DNA of 64,000 bases, taken from positions 864,001 to 928,000 of the forward strand of contig CBDCWI010000001.1 in NCBI GenBank assembly GCA_965223325.1. The letters run 5' to 3'. Positions within the stretch are counted from its first letter, which is position 1, and every line of letters starts with the position of its first letter. Shown here one piece after another: positions 1 through 9,764 of this stretch. This stretch comes from Candidatus Multivoradales bacterium. GTDB lineage: Bacteria > Acidobacteriota > Thermoanaerobaculia > Multivoradales > Multivoraceae. The translations under genes were made by a program, and so were the position numbers. A model generated the notes under the pieces. The model did not search any database, was not told the DNA's origin, and saw nothing but the letters and a program-made list of their open reading frames with translations.

Positions 1-868
1 CGCGCTTCTCAACCGTTCGACGGTCATCTTCCACCCCGCCTTCGACCCCCAGGCGATCGTACGAGATCTGCCGCGGGCGACGGTCTTCATGGGTGTTCCC
101 ACTTTCTACGCACGGCTACTCCAGACTCCAGGCTTTGATCGGGAGTGCTGTTGGGGAATGCGGCTGTTCACCTCCGGCTCGGCGCCCTTGTCTCCTGAGA
201 CGTTCGACGCCTTCTACCTGCGCACCGGCCAGCGCATTCTCGAACGCTACGGCATGACCGAGATCGGTATCGCCCTGTCCAACCCGCTCGACGGCGAACG
301 CATCGCCGGCACCGTTGGTTTTCCGTTCCCGGGTCACGAGGTCCGGGTCGCCGACGATTCCGGAAACCCTGTCCCACCGGGCACCGTCGGCACCCTCGAA
401 GTCAAAGGCCCCAGCGTCTTCGCAGGCTACTGGCAGCTTCCCGAGAAGACCGCCGAAGAGTTCCGCGGCGACGGCTTCTTCATCACCGGCGATCTCGCGA
501 CCGAGGACGCAGAGGGCCGCATCTCGATCGTCGGTCGCGCCCGTGACCTGGTGATCTCGGGCGGCTACAACATCTACCCCCGCGAGATCGAAGATTGCCT
601 ACTGGGAGTCGCAGGCGTTTCCGAGTGCGCTGTGATCGGCGCGCCCCACGACGACCTCGGAGAAGGTGTCGTCGCGGTCCTGGTTGCCGAGAACCCCGAA
701 GAACCGGTGGCGAACGAGGACCTGCAAGCGGCACTCGATGGGTCCCTGGCGCGCTTCAAACACCCGCGACGCTTCTTTTGGACCGCTGCCCTACCGAGGA
801 ACTCGATGGGCAAGGTCCAAAAGAACGTCCTGCGGGACGAGCACCGCGACACGTACCGAGGCTCGTAG
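1..868 (+). CDS. matB: Malonyl-CoA synthetase (MatB-like acyl-CoA ligase), 5' end truncated by the window edge
   Basis: ANL-family motifs MGVPTFYARL, SGSAPL, ERYGMTE, TGDLA, GRARDLVISGGYNIYP, PRNSMGKVQK; the frame appears open upstream of the listed ATG at 89. Confidence 0.75.
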   Translation, partial: ALLNRSTVIFHPAFDPQAIVRDLPRATVFMGVPTFYARLLQTPGFDRECCWGMRLFTSGSAPLSPETFDAFYLRTGQRILERYGMTEIGIALSNPLDGERIAGTVGFPFPGHEVRVADDSGNPVPPGTVGTLEVKGPSVFAGYWQLPEKTAEEFRGDGFFITGDLATEDAEGRISIVGRARDLVISGGYNIYPREIEDCLLGVAGVSECAVIGAPHDDLGEGVVAVLVAENPEEPVANEDLQAALDGSLARFKHPRRFFWTAALPRNSMGKVQKNVLRDEHRDTYRGS

Positions 869-872
869 TCGA

Positions 873-3800
873 CTACTCGTGCGGCTCCACCTTCGGCTCG
901 TCGTCGAAGATCATGTCGAGAATCGAGTAGTCGATCCCGGTACAGAAGGACGACGCGGCAAAGGGTGGCGTGATCGGAGTGCAGCCGTGTAGAAGGGCCG
1001 GGCGATCGAGCGGCTGGCGTCTCGGATCGGCGTAGCGCGGTCCGGTACCAGGGAGAAGCGCCCCCTCTTCGAGCTCGGGAATAGCAGCCTCTGGACCATG
1101 GCAGGAGAGGCAGAAAGCCTTCTGTGAGAAGTCTGCACGCGGTTCGAGGGCTATGTGATCAAGCCCGGTCAGTTCGAGCACCGCTGTGCGACGGCAACGG
1201 TTGGCGACCGCCGGACGCGGATTGCGATGCACCCGATCAACACACAGCCCACGACCGTGCTGGAGGGCCAGATCGTTGGGCTCGTTGTGCGACTCGATCT
1301 CGAGCTGCTCGCAGACGTCGACCGTTGTCGTGACCGTCCGCACTGCTGCGCGCTTGGTCTTCGCCGGGTGCTCGGCGGTCTTGAAGTAGCCCCAGCCTTT
1401 GGCGATGTCGTAGAGGTCACGAAGCGCCTCGAGCTGGGCCCCGCCGTCGCCGTCTTTGATCTCGATCAGGGTTCCCAGTGCCAGGTTGCAGGCGATCTCT
1501 TCGAAGTAGCTGTACTTCGGAGCTGCCGGCCCATCGATCGCGTAAACCCGGAACTCATCGACCCAACCCTCGAAGCTCGGATGGGTGTCGTCGGCCGAGC
1601 CGACGAAGACATAGGCGTTGTAGCCCGCCGGGTGGTTGAAGTGAAAGCCCGGCTTCGAGCCCAGGTCAAAGACCATCTCCTTCGCCAGCCTGGTGCCGTT
1701 CACGTAGAAGCGCAGGCGCCGCCTCGACCCTTCGGTGGTGATCTTGGCGCCGAAGTGTGTGTAGCGCTCGTTCTCGAGCCCGAGCTGGTTGATCCAGATG
1801 GCGCGCTCCTGATTGTCGACGCTCGAGATTGCCACCAGCTTGTCGTTCGAGAGCAGAATCCGCGAGCCATCGCCGAACTGAAACACGGTGCGCGGCTCAG
1901 TGCTCTGTGAGCGGTTGTCGAGCCATAGCGAGAGGTACCAGTTGTCATGGTTCGGGCGCTTGAAACGGGCCTTGATGTGGTCGTTCCTCCCATCCAGGTA
2001 GACACCATGGCCGAGGACGCCACCTAGACCGACGGGTTCAATGCGGGCGCCACCGCGCAGCTCGAGCCACTTCGGCATGCTGTCGGCGAGGGAATCGCCC
2101 TCGATCCAGCTTTCGAGATAGAGCGTCGCCGGGCCGCCGGCCGGGCCCTGGACAAGTGAGTAGTCGCTGGTCTCACCGTACTGTGGATCGCTGAGGTCGC
2201 AGGTCTTCGTGTAGACACCACTGTTACCGACGATGCTGGACGGGGTGTCGGGAGGGCAAGGCGGTACGGGATGGGTTGATGTGATCGTGAGAGCCCCGGT
2301 CGTGGCGTTCCAGTTGAAGGAGGCGTCGTCCCAGCTCGTCCACTCCATCACCTGGCAACCAAGGGTCGCGTGGGCTGGCATGCCGGGTGGGCAGGCTCCC
2401 TCTCTCAGAGTGGCCGAATTCGCCAGATGGGGTGTTCTCCGGTGCGAGAAGAACGGGCGCTCAGACGGGTTGGTGCCGTCGGCGAATCGGAAGTGGCGCT
2501 CGGGATAGAGCGGCACGAAGCCGTCATCTGGAAACCAGTCCTCGTTGAACTCACCTGTCAGATGTGCGTTCATGTGCCCCACGATCAACGCCTTCTCGTC
2601 GAGGTACTCGTCGAACACCACATCGAAATTCTGCTGGTTGTTGCTGGCGAAGGTCCAGACGACGTCGAACGGCATTGTCGGCGACATCGCGTCATAGTGG
2701 TTGAAGCGGTTCTCGAACGACTGCAACCCGGTCGTGCCGCGAGTTCGGAAGTGGGTCGGAGGACCCTGGTAGAGCTGCAGGTCGAAAGACACCAGCTGGT
2801 TGGAATTGTTGCCGCCCGAGTTCAGGTCTTGGCGGTTGCCCATGGTGCTCATGTTGAGTCGGTTGTCGAGGTGCACCGCCTTGCCCTTCGTCCAGGCACC
2901 GAGCGCCACGTAACCTTTGCCGGGGGCCTTGTCGATGAACTGCACCTGGCTGTTGTCCTGACGAGTTCCGAACCAGGAGTCGCGCGCTTCGTCGGTAAGA
3001 GCAAAGAAGATGTTGCGCACCTCGCGGTCCATCCAGGGGTATGCACCCTTGATGTTCGGGAAGAATCCATCTTCGCATTCGAAGGGCTCACCTGCCGTGT
3101 CGCGGAAGGGTTCGATATGGCGGTTGCCCTTGGAGTCGTAGCGCACCTGGGTCTTGGCCAGCGGGTAACGATCGTTGACCCGGTCGTCCCAGGGCATCGC
3201 GGCCAGGGGGCGCCAGTTCGGCCAGCCCTCGGCAGAGCAGGCGGTCTCGCTGTAGGAGTACCAGAGCCCGCCGGCGTTGATGACCAACAGTCGGCCGTCA
3301 CCGCTAATTGTCGGCTCGAAGATCTGCCGCAGCGAACAGTCGGGATCGTCCCAGTTTCCGTGGCAGCTGTTGCCGTTCCAGAACTCACCCGGATCGGTGA
3401 TGCCGTTGGCGTTTGCGTCGAAGACGAAGCCGCCCTCTGACGAGGACTCCTGGTGGTCGAGGAACGCGCAGCGCCCGGGTTGCTGGGATGCCGGTAGGTC
3501 GATGCAGTCCTCGATCATCGTCTCGAGGGCAAAGGCGTCGTTGTAGTGAACATTGCCAGCTGTGTCCGTAAGGAAACCCAACATCCCATCTTCGGTGTAT
3601 TCGCCGAGCTGGTTCCCAACCGTGCGCGGATAGAGGTAGGGGTAGCCCGAGTCAGGCTGCTTGCCGTTGGGCACAAAGATCGTGTACTTGCTCGAGTGCA
3701 GCTCGATCCGCCCTTCGAATCCCGGAAAGGAGACCAACGAAACGTCATAGCAGTCGCCCTCTGTGACGGTGCCGTTGATCAAGGCGGTGCAACTGCGAGG

Positions 3801-4373
3801 ATTGCGTCCACTCGAGTTCGAGCCATCAAGCGAGTAGGCGGGGCTCGAATCGTCGCAGATATCGCTGTGGTTGAAGGCCGGTGTCTTGCCATCGGGGTGC
3901 TCGAGGTCAAACAGCGAGGTGAGCGGCGACAAAACGCTCGGTGCAAAGAAGCTGTTGCGGTGGCCGTGGACTTCCTCTGCGGGCCCCGAACCGTTGCCGC
4001 GCTGCTGCTGGTCGTAGCCGATGTTCTCGGGGTGAAAGAGCGAGACCGCCATGCGGGGATAGCTACCGCTCAAGACCAGCCGACCATCGTTGGAGGCGCG
4101 AAAACTCGGCAAGATGACGGTCTTCCCCGCCCCCTTCTCTCCGATCGGAAACGCCGTAACATCGGGATCGTCGTCAGGACTGGCAACCATCGAACGCTCG
4201 AGACTGGGTGCCGGGGGCGCCTCAGGGTCGTGGCAGTCGATGACCAGCGAGTAGTCGTCGCTGCAGGGAGGTGATGCGACCTCGGCAGCGTCTGAGAACG
4301 ACTGGCCCAGGGCGGGCTGGCTCGCAATGGCGAGAACCACAAGGAGACTGGCGACGCGGGGATGACAAGACAT
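873..4373 (-). CDS. Large secreted protein with a LamG/ConA-like domain and a C-terminal CxxCH heme motif
   Basis: ATG at 4373 preceded by AGGAAGGA; signal peptide ending PALG-Q; LamG-like segments GVYLDGRNDH and FEGWVDEFRVY; CLSCH near the C-terminus. Confidence 0.7.
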   Translation of the reverse strand: MSCHPRVASLLVVLAIASQPALGQSFSDAAEVASPPCSDDYSLVIDCHDPEAPPAPSLERSMVASPDDDPDVTAFPIGEKGAGKTVILPSFRASNDGRLVLSGSYPRMAVSLFHPENIGYDQQQRGNGSGPAEEVHGHRNSFFAPSVLSPLTSLFDLEHPDGKTPAFNHSDICDDSSPAYSLDGSNSSGRNPRSCTALINGTVTEGDCYDVSLVSFPGFEGRIELHSSKYTIFVPNGKQPDSGYPYLYPRTVGNQLGEYTEDGMLGFLTDTAGNVHYNDAFALETMIEDCIDLPASQQPGRCAFLDHQESSSEGGFVFDANANGITDPGEFWNGNSCHGNWDDPDCSLRQIFEPTISGDGRLLVINAGGLWYSYSETACSAEGWPNWRPLAAMPWDDRVNDRYPLAKTQVRYDSKGNRHIEPFRDTAGEPFECEDGFFPNIKGAYPWMDREVRNIFFALTDEARDSWFGTRQDNSQVQFIDKAPGKGYVALGAWTKGKAVHLDNRLNMSTMGNRQDLNSGGNNSNQLVSFDLQLYQGPPTHFRTRGTTGLQSFENRFNHYDAMSPTMPFDVVWTFASNNQQNFDVVFDEYLDEKALIVGHMNAHLTGEFNEDWFPDDGFVPLYPERHFRFADGTNPSERPFFSHRRTPHLANSATLREGACPPGMPAHATLGCQVMEWTSWDDASFNWNATTGALTITSTHPVPPCPPDTPSSIVGNSGVYTKTCDLSDPQYGETSDYSLVQGPAGGPATLYLESWIEGDSLADSMPKWLELRGGARIEPVGLGGVLGHGVYLDGRNDHIKARFKRPNHDNWYLSLWLDNRSQSTEPRTVFQFGDGSRILLSNDKLVAISSVDNQERAIWINQLGLENERYTHFGAKITTEGSRRRLRFYVNGTRLAKEMVFDLGSKPGFHFNHPAGYNAYVFVGSADDTHPSFEGWVDEFRVYAIDGPAAPKYSYFEEIACNLALGTLIEIKDGDGGAQLEALRDLYDIAKGWGYFKTAEHPAKTKRAAVRTVTTTVDVCEQLEIESHNEPNDLALQHGRGLCVDRVHRNPRPAVANRCRRTAVLELTGLDHIALEPRADFSQKAFCLSCHGPEAAIPELEEGALLPGTGPRYADPRRQPLDRPALLHGCTPITPPFAASSFCTGIDYSILDMIFDDEPKVEPHE

Positions 4374-4480
4374 AACAGTGAATCCTTCCTCAAACAGTAG
4401 GTGAAGGCACAAGCGTTCACCCAGAAAGGAGTCTGGGTCACTGTCGTTTACCGGCGGACCGGGGGAGAGCACTGACGTCG

Positions 4481-5107
4481 CTAGCGTGACTCTCCATAGA
4501 GTCGCTCGGCCAGGCGCTTTTTCACCTGCGGCCACTCGTCATCTGTGATGCTGAAATAGACCGTGTTACGAACGCGACCACCCTGGCTGACCATGTGCTT
4601 GCGCAGCGTGCCTTCCTCTTTTGCCCCAATAGCCAGGATGGCGGTACGCGATCGCCGGTTGCGAGCGTCGGTCTTGAGCTCGACCCGTCGTAGTCCGATG
4701 TCCTCGAAGGCGTGCTCGAGCATCAAGTACTTCGCTTCGCGGTTGACTCCGGTGCGCTGCCACGGAGGCGATACGAAAGTCCAGCCGATCTCGGCGCGCA
4801 GGTGTTCGGGGGCAAGTGCACCAAAACTGGTACTGCCCACTGCCCGATCCGGGTCCCCGTCGCCTCGCCGGGCAATGGTGGCAAAGGACACCATGCGCCC
4901 GGCCTCGGTCTCGGCCACCAGCCAGCCGAGGTAGCTCTCGAGTTGCGCGAGCGTGGTGATCATGCGCGAAGTGTGCTTCCAGATCGACGGATCGAGAGCC
5001 TGCTCGCCGAGTGCCCGAGCGTGCGCCTTCCGGAGCGGCTCCAGGCGAACGTAGCGCCCCTCGAGGGTCGTCGGGCGAAGTCTGCCCGCCGGCCGCGGCT
5101 CCGTCAT
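4481..5107 (-). CDS. GNAT family N-acetyltransferase (RimJ/RimL-like)
   Basis: LEGRYVRLEPL, EIGWTF, QRTGVNREAK, RRVELKTDARN, GAKEEGTLRKH. Confidence 0.9.
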   Translation of the reverse strand: MTEPRPAGRLRPTTLEGRYVRLEPLRKAHARALGEQALDPSIWKHTSRMITTLAQLESYLGWLVAETEAGRMVSFATIARRGDGDPDRAVGSTSFGALAPEHLRAEIGWTFVSPPWQRTGVNREAKYLMLEHAFEDIGLRRVELKTDARNRRSRTAILAIGAKEEGTLRKHMVSQGGRVRNTVYFSITDDEWPQVKKRLAERLYGESR

Positions 5108-5123
5108 CGAAAGAGAACGGCGA

Positions 5124-5621
5124 TCAACGCTCTTCGATGACGACTGTGTAGTCGACCGAAACAGCCTCGGGCACGGAGCTCGCCGAGGTCTGGATGTCGG
5201 AAACCTCGAAGCAGTAGGGGCGCTCGGAGAGACTCAGGAGGACGTCGAGACCCTCGACCATGGTGAAGGTCGCCGTGAAGCGGCAGCCTTCCGGCTCGTC
5301 CCGCCCGATCTTGACCGCCAGCGCAAGAGTCGTTTCGTCGATGGGTGGAGCGTCGGGATCGTCGGGTCGCACCGCGACATCGGCGAGTACGATGCGCACC
5401 GTGCCGATCTCTTGAATCGTAACCTTGTGGAGACTCACGCCGCCGTCTTGCAGCGTCCCTTCCAGCATGACCGTGTTGGTGATTTCGGTCGGCGAGTTCG
5501 AGGAATCACAACCCGCGGAAAACAGGGCGACCAAACAGAGCGCCACCAGGAGCGCCAAAGGGCGAAGCACCATCGGGGGAAGGGCGCCCCCTGAAGCGGA
5601 AGATTGTACGAGAGGTTTCAT
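5124..5621 (-). CDS. Hypothetical lipoprotein
   Basis: Hydrophobic signal segment with lipobox FSAG-C; lies co-oriented just upstream of the GNAT gene. Confidence 0.65.
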   Translation of the reverse strand: MKPLVQSSASGGALPPMVLRPLALLVALCLVALFSAGCDSSNSPTEITNTVMLEGTLQDGGVSLHKVTIQEIGTVRIVLADVAVRPDDPDAPPIDETTLALAVKIGRDEPEGCRFTATFTMVEGLDVLLSLSERPYCFEVSDIQTSASSVPEAVSVDYTVVIEER

Positions 5622-5706
5622 CGCTGTTCTCCACGGCCTCTTTGATTGAACGGGGAATCGGACTCTGTCGGTCGGAGGCGCCAGTGACGAGGCGCGTTGA
5701 ATGCGG

Positions 5707-5736
5707 GAACTCTATTCGTCTGGGGAAGAACTCTAT
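5707..5736. promoter_or_regulatory. Direct repeat GAACTCTAT x2 at 21-bp spacing, possible regulator or sigma site
   Basis: GAACTCTAT at 5707-5715 and 5728-5736 in the divergent intergenic region. Confidence 0.3.
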
Positions 5737-5820
5737 CTCTGACAGGCCTCGTCGCGCTGGTATTTCAGCTACGATTCCGGGAAAACTCGCCCTGTCTTCT
5801 CCCAAGGACTCTCTGGTCCG

Positions 5821-5850
5821 CGGCACATCGCGGCACATCGCGGCACATCG
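5821..5850. repeat. Perfect tandem repeat (CGGCACATCG)x3
   Basis: Read directly at 5821-5850, upstream of the YceI gene. Confidence 0.9.
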
Positions 5851-5919
5851 CCCTCACCGAGAACGAACCGACAGCCGTCTTCGTTCCAGTCAGTTTCCCA
5901 ACAACCCAGGAATCTCAAC

Positions 5920-6522
5920 ATGCTTCATCGTTCGAACCACCTCATCCGTCGCCCGGCCGTCGTCCTGCTGTTGGCACTGGCCCTGGCCTTCGCCGGTGCT
6001 GCGAGCACCACAGCCGCAACCTGGAAGATCGATCCGGTGCACTCCTCGGCGATCTTCAAGATCAAGCACTTCAACACCAGCAACTTCTACGGTGCCTTCA
6101 AGACGATGACCGGCACGGTCGAATACGACCCGGCAAAGCCGGAGGCCTCGTCGATCGACATCACGATCAAGGCCGAGAGCGTAGACAGCCGCATGGAACA
6201 GCGCGACACGCACATCAAGAGCCCCGACTTCCTGAACTCCGCCCAGTTCCCCACCATCAGCTTCAAGAGCACGTCAGTCAAGAGCAACAGCGACGGCAGC
6301 CTCGAGGTCACCGGCAACCTGACTCTCCTGGGAATCACCAAGCCGGTTTCTGCGCAGGTCGAAAAGACCGGCGAGGGCACCAACCCACGCTCGCAGAAAG
6401 ACATTCTCGGGTTCGAAGCACACTTCACCGTCGACCGCACCGCCCACGACATGAACTTCATGGCCGGCCCGCTGAGTCGGGAGATTGGCTTCATCCTGGC
6501 ACTCGAACTGGTCAAGGAGTAG
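5920..6522 (+). CDS. yceI: YceI family lipid/polyisoprenoid-binding protein
   Basis: Signal peptide then WKIDPVHSS, RDTHIKSPDFL, FPTISFKST, GNLTLLGITK. Confidence 0.9.
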   Translation: MLHRSNHLIRRPAVVLLLALALAFAGAASTTAATWKIDPVHSSAIFKIKHFNTSNFYGAFKTMTGTVEYDPAKPEASSIDITIKAESVDSRMEQRDTHIKSPDFLNSAQFPTISFKSTSVKSNSDGSLEVTGNLTLLGITKPVSAQVEKTGEGTNPRSQKDILGFEAHFTVDRTAHDMNFMAGPLSREIGFILALELVKE

Positions 6523-6529
6523 GTCGCCT

Positions 6530-7582
6530 TTGCTGCTGCGTAGCCTTCTCTTGCCGGGAGTCCTCGTCCCCGGCGGGTTCGCGCTCCTGGCCAGCCTGGT
6601 CGCACTCGCACTGGCGAGAAGCGCAGGCGACCACCTGGCCTCGCCGCAGGCATTGCGACGGGTCCCCGGAACCCTGCCCATCGCGGCGGCCTTCGCAGCT
6701 GCCTACGTCGCGGTGTCTGGCTGGCCGCGCTTTCCGCCGGTTGAAGCAACGCAACGGCTGTTCTTCGTCGTTGTTGCGCTTGCGCTGGTCATCGCTCTGT
6801 GGTCGCTACGCCGCGATGCGCATCGACTTGGCCGCATCCTCACCCCCATTTCCCTGACCATTGCGCTCCTGCTCATGCTCGAGAGCCAACTGCGCCATGT
6901 GTGGCAAGGACCGGAGGGACCGTTCTGGATCCTGGGCCTGGTGCTGTTCGGTTGGCTGGTGGTGCTGGCAACCGCCCGACACCTCACGGCAGCGAGCACT
7001 CTCAGAGCTCTCGAGCCGGGCGAAAGCGCCACGCCTGAGCCCAACGGCTTCTGGCGCGGCTGGCGCGATGCCGTCATGCGCCTCGCTCTCATCGGCGGAA
7101 CGGCGATCGCGATCGGTCTCACCGGGAGCGCCCGCCTGGCACAGATCACCGGTGCCATCGCCGTCGGCGCACTGGTTCACGAGTTCATCGTGCGTCTCTT
7201 GGGACAGAGGCCCTGGCGAGCGAGCGACAGCCTGGTTCTGGCGCTTCCCGTCTTCGGCCTGTTGGTCGCCGCACACTTCTACTCGGCGCTTTCGGCCCTG
7301 CCGGCGGCGCTCCTCGGGCTCGCCTGGGTTCTCCTCTTTGCGACCGGGCATCCCGGTCGTCAGGGAGCCTTTGGCTGGCGTGCCTTCATACCGCTGGCGG
7401 CACTCGCTCTCGCCCTCGCCCTGGCGGCCGCCGAGTTCCGCGCCAAAGCCGAAGACGATCCCTATGCCGGGTACGAAGACTACGTTCGCGCCACCGAACC
7501 TGTCTTGCCGGATCAGCTCGGAGGCTCGGCCAGGAGAGCCGGATCGGGCGGTTCGGGTTTGTTGGCAAGCTCACGAAGGTAG
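6530..7582 (+). CDS. Hypothetical multi-pass membrane protein
   Basis: Many hydrophobic helices; TTG at 6530 after AAGGAG; follows yceI directly. Confidence 0.65.
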   Translation: MLLRSLLLPGVLVPGGFALLASLVALALARSAGDHLASPQALRRVPGTLPIAAAFAAAYVAVSGWPRFPPVEATQRLFFVVVALALVIALWSLRRDAHRLGRILTPISLTIALLLMLESQLRHVWQGPEGPFWILGLVLFGWLVVLATARHLTAASTLRALEPGESATPEPNGFWRGWRDAVMRLALIGGTAIAIGLTGSARLAQITGAIAVGALVHEFIVRLLGQRPWRASDSLVLALPVFGLLVAAHFYSALSALPAALLGLAWVLLFATGHPGRQGAFGWRAFIPLAALALALALAAAEFRAKAEDDPYAGYEDYVRATEPVLPDQLGGSARRAGSGGSGLLASSRR

Positions 7583-7878
7583 GGAAAGGTAAAGATCCCG
7601 GTACGGCACCCACGCCGCCAGACGATCGAGATGGCGTAGTTGCCCACCGGTCGAATCGACTCGGGCTCGATGTCACGCGGCGGCTCTTGGAACTCGACTC
7701 CTCCCCCATGACCCTGACAACCGGCGCAAGGGCAGTGGCCCGCCAGGTGGCGCCAGGTCAGAGTGGCGCTCCAACCGTCATCCCAGGTGAAGGCGATCGC
7801 ACGTTGCTCGGGAAGGCGACGCACTTCGACCAGAGGCCGTGGCCCCTTCTCTGGCCGTGCCTGTTGAAGCGACTTCAC
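7513..7878 (-). CDS. DUF971 / gamma-butyrobetaine hydroxylase N-terminal-like metal-binding protein
   Basis: WDDG, CPCAGCQGH, VGNYAISIVW, TGIFTFPYLREL. Confidence 0.85.
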   Translation of the reverse strand: MKSLQQARPEKGPRPLVEVRRLPEQRAIAFTWDDGWSATLTWRHLAGHCPCAGCQGHGGGVEFQEPPRDIEPESIRPVGNYAISIVWRRGCRTGIFTFPYLRELANKPEPPDPALLAEPPS

Positions 7879-7917
7879 CGGAAGGAGCTCCGTCGTGGCC
7901 GTCGCTCTCCTCAGAAG

Positions 7918-9612
7918 TCATGAGGCGCTCTTCCGGCGGCCCTTCTTCTTTGTCGCGCGCTTCTTGCCCTTCTTCCTGGTGCTCGTCTTCTTGGCGCTCT
8001 TCTTCCTAGCGCTCTTCTTCCTGGCAGCGCGTGCCGGAGTCGTCTGCTTGCGCTTGGCAGTCTTCCTGGCCACCTTCTTCTTGGTCTTTCGCGCCGGCTT
8101 CTTTCTGGTGCTCTTCTTCGCCGAAGCCTTCTTTGCATGGGCCTTCTTTGGAGGACGTTTCTTTGCTCTGGCCTCGCTGCCAGAGGTGAATTCGAGCTGC
8201 TCGAAGCCTTTGTCTGGCGCCACTCCGGCGAGCTCCCGCAATTCATCAAACGAGGCGCGCAGCGCATCGGACAGCTCCCACGGGTCAGGAATCTGCTTGC
8301 GGTCGACGGTGGCGCCAAGGGTCATTCGGCCTTCGTAGGTGAGGATCGAAATGAACAAACCGATGTTGTTCGAAACCACCCCCATCGGTAGCCAGTGCAG
8401 CAAGCGGCGACCGGCCTGGTAGAGCGGAATCTGCGGGCCTGGAACGTTGGTCGACACGGTGTTGAAGACCCGCTGCCCCGGCATCGGCAAGCCGCCGACC
8501 AGACCTTGCAACCCCGGCGGCACCAGCTCGCCCATGCGGGTCATCTCGTAGAAAGCATCCGCCTGTTTCGACTCCTTGAGACTCGCCATGCCTTCGCACT
8601 CGGCGAGATGACGCTCGGCCGGGTCTTCGATGCCCACGTAGAGCGGCGCGATCATCACCGAGACCAGGTTGCCGAGCTTCCCGTGCTCGGCCTTCTGGCG
8701 CATGCTCACCGGACACATCGCGCGCAGTTCCAGCCCTTCGGTCTTCTCGCCGCGCGCCCGCAGGTAGCGCCCCAGGCCCCCACTCAGCGTCGTCAAAACG
8801 AGGTCGTTGACCGTGCCTCCGAGGGCATTCTTGATCTGTCGCGCTTCGGTAAACGAAAAATCAGCCCAGGCCCATGCCAGTTCACCGCTCACCCGGTTGT
8901 TCCAGGGCGTCGACGGCGCTGGGCGCAGGGTCTGGGGCAAGGTACGGGCCATGGCACGGCGCATGGTGGTGGCCTGCTCGGCGAACCGTTGCGGACGCAA
9001 GGCGTCGAAGGCGGTTTCCGTGAGCGCGCGAGTGACTTCGCCGGTGCGGTGCTCTATCGCCTCCTGCATCAGCGACAAGAAGTCTGGAAGTGGCGGTGGA
9101 TTCCAGTCTTCGGTTGGTGGCGGCGGCGGCTCGGCATCTGCCGCGTAGTCGTTGAGCAGCATGGTCAGGTCGATGCCCGAGACGCCGTCGATCATCGCGT
9201 GGTGCACCTTCCAGACAACGGCGGTGTGTTCGCCGTCAAAGCCATGCACGACAACCGCCGCCCACAGCGGACGATCACGATCGAGCATGCCCGAGTAGGC
9301 CTCGGCGATCACTTGCGAGAACTCGGCCATGTCGGCGCCGGGCCGGAGCTCGACTTCGTCGATGTGGTGGTTGATATCGAAGTCGGGGTCATCGATCCAC
9401 ATCGGGTGCGAAATGCCGAGCGGCGGAAAGACCACTCGCTGGCGGTAGCGCGGCACATGATGGAGACGGTCGGCAAGCAGTCGAATGAGCTCGGCGCGCT
9501 CCATGCGCCCTTCGTAGACCATGCACGAGCCGATATGAAGCGCTTCGGTCGGCTTCTCGAAGTAGAGAAACGACGAGTCGAGAGTCGTCAAGTAGCGTTC
9601 GAGACCAGACAT
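7918..9612 (-). CDS. Wax ester synthase / diacylglycerol acyltransferase (WS/DGAT) with Lys-rich C-terminal tail
   Basis: LDSSFLYFE, HIGS, catalytic HHAMIDG, GTVNDLVL, PVSMR, STNVPGPQIPLY; ATG at 9612. Confidence 0.9.
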   Translation of the reverse strand: MSGLERYLTTLDSSFLYFEKPTEALHIGSCMVYEGRMERAELIRLLADRLHHVPRYRQRVVFPPLGISHPMWIDDPDFDINHHIDEVELRPGADMAEFSQVIAEAYSGMLDRDRPLWAAVVVHGFDGEHTAVVWKVHHAMIDGVSGIDLTMLLNDYAADAEPPPPPTEDWNPPPLPDFLSLMQEAIEHRTGEVTRALTETAFDALRPQRFAEQATTMRRAMARTLPQTLRPAPSTPWNNRVSGELAWAWADFSFTEARQIKNALGGTVNDLVLTTLSGGLGRYLRARGEKTEGLELRAMCPVSMRQKAEHGKLGNLVSVMIAPLYVGIEDPAERHLAECEGMASLKESKQADAFYEMTRMGELVPPGLQGLVGGLPMPGQRVFNTVSTNVPGPQIPLYQAGRRLLHWLPMGVVSNNIGLFISILTYEGRMTLGATVDRKQIPDPWELSDALRASFDELRELAGVAPDKGFEQLEFTSGSEARAKKRPPKKAHAKKASAKKSTRKKPARKTKKKVARKTAKRKQTTPARAARKKSARKKSAKKTSTRKKGKKRATKKKGRRKSAS

Positions 9613-9764
9613 AGGCGAACCTCGGATCGGGCATGGGATTCCAAGGAGCCCCAGCCTGCAGCACGCTCGCTGCTGAAAGTGAGTGCGAACGCCTAGGTTA
9701 CCCCGAACGACGATCTGAAGCGGCAGAACGCCTGGCCCGGTTCTCATCTCGCTGTCGCCGAACG

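Noticed and set aside
7513-7582. 70-bp convergent overlap as an antisense regulatory device
   Set aside because: The overlapping tail is low-complexity and is simply explained by stop-codon drift in GC-rich DNA
7895-8338. Phe/Leu-rich membrane-like ORF on the plus strand
   Set aside because: It is the antisense reading of the AAG-rich Lys tail of the WS/DGAT gene
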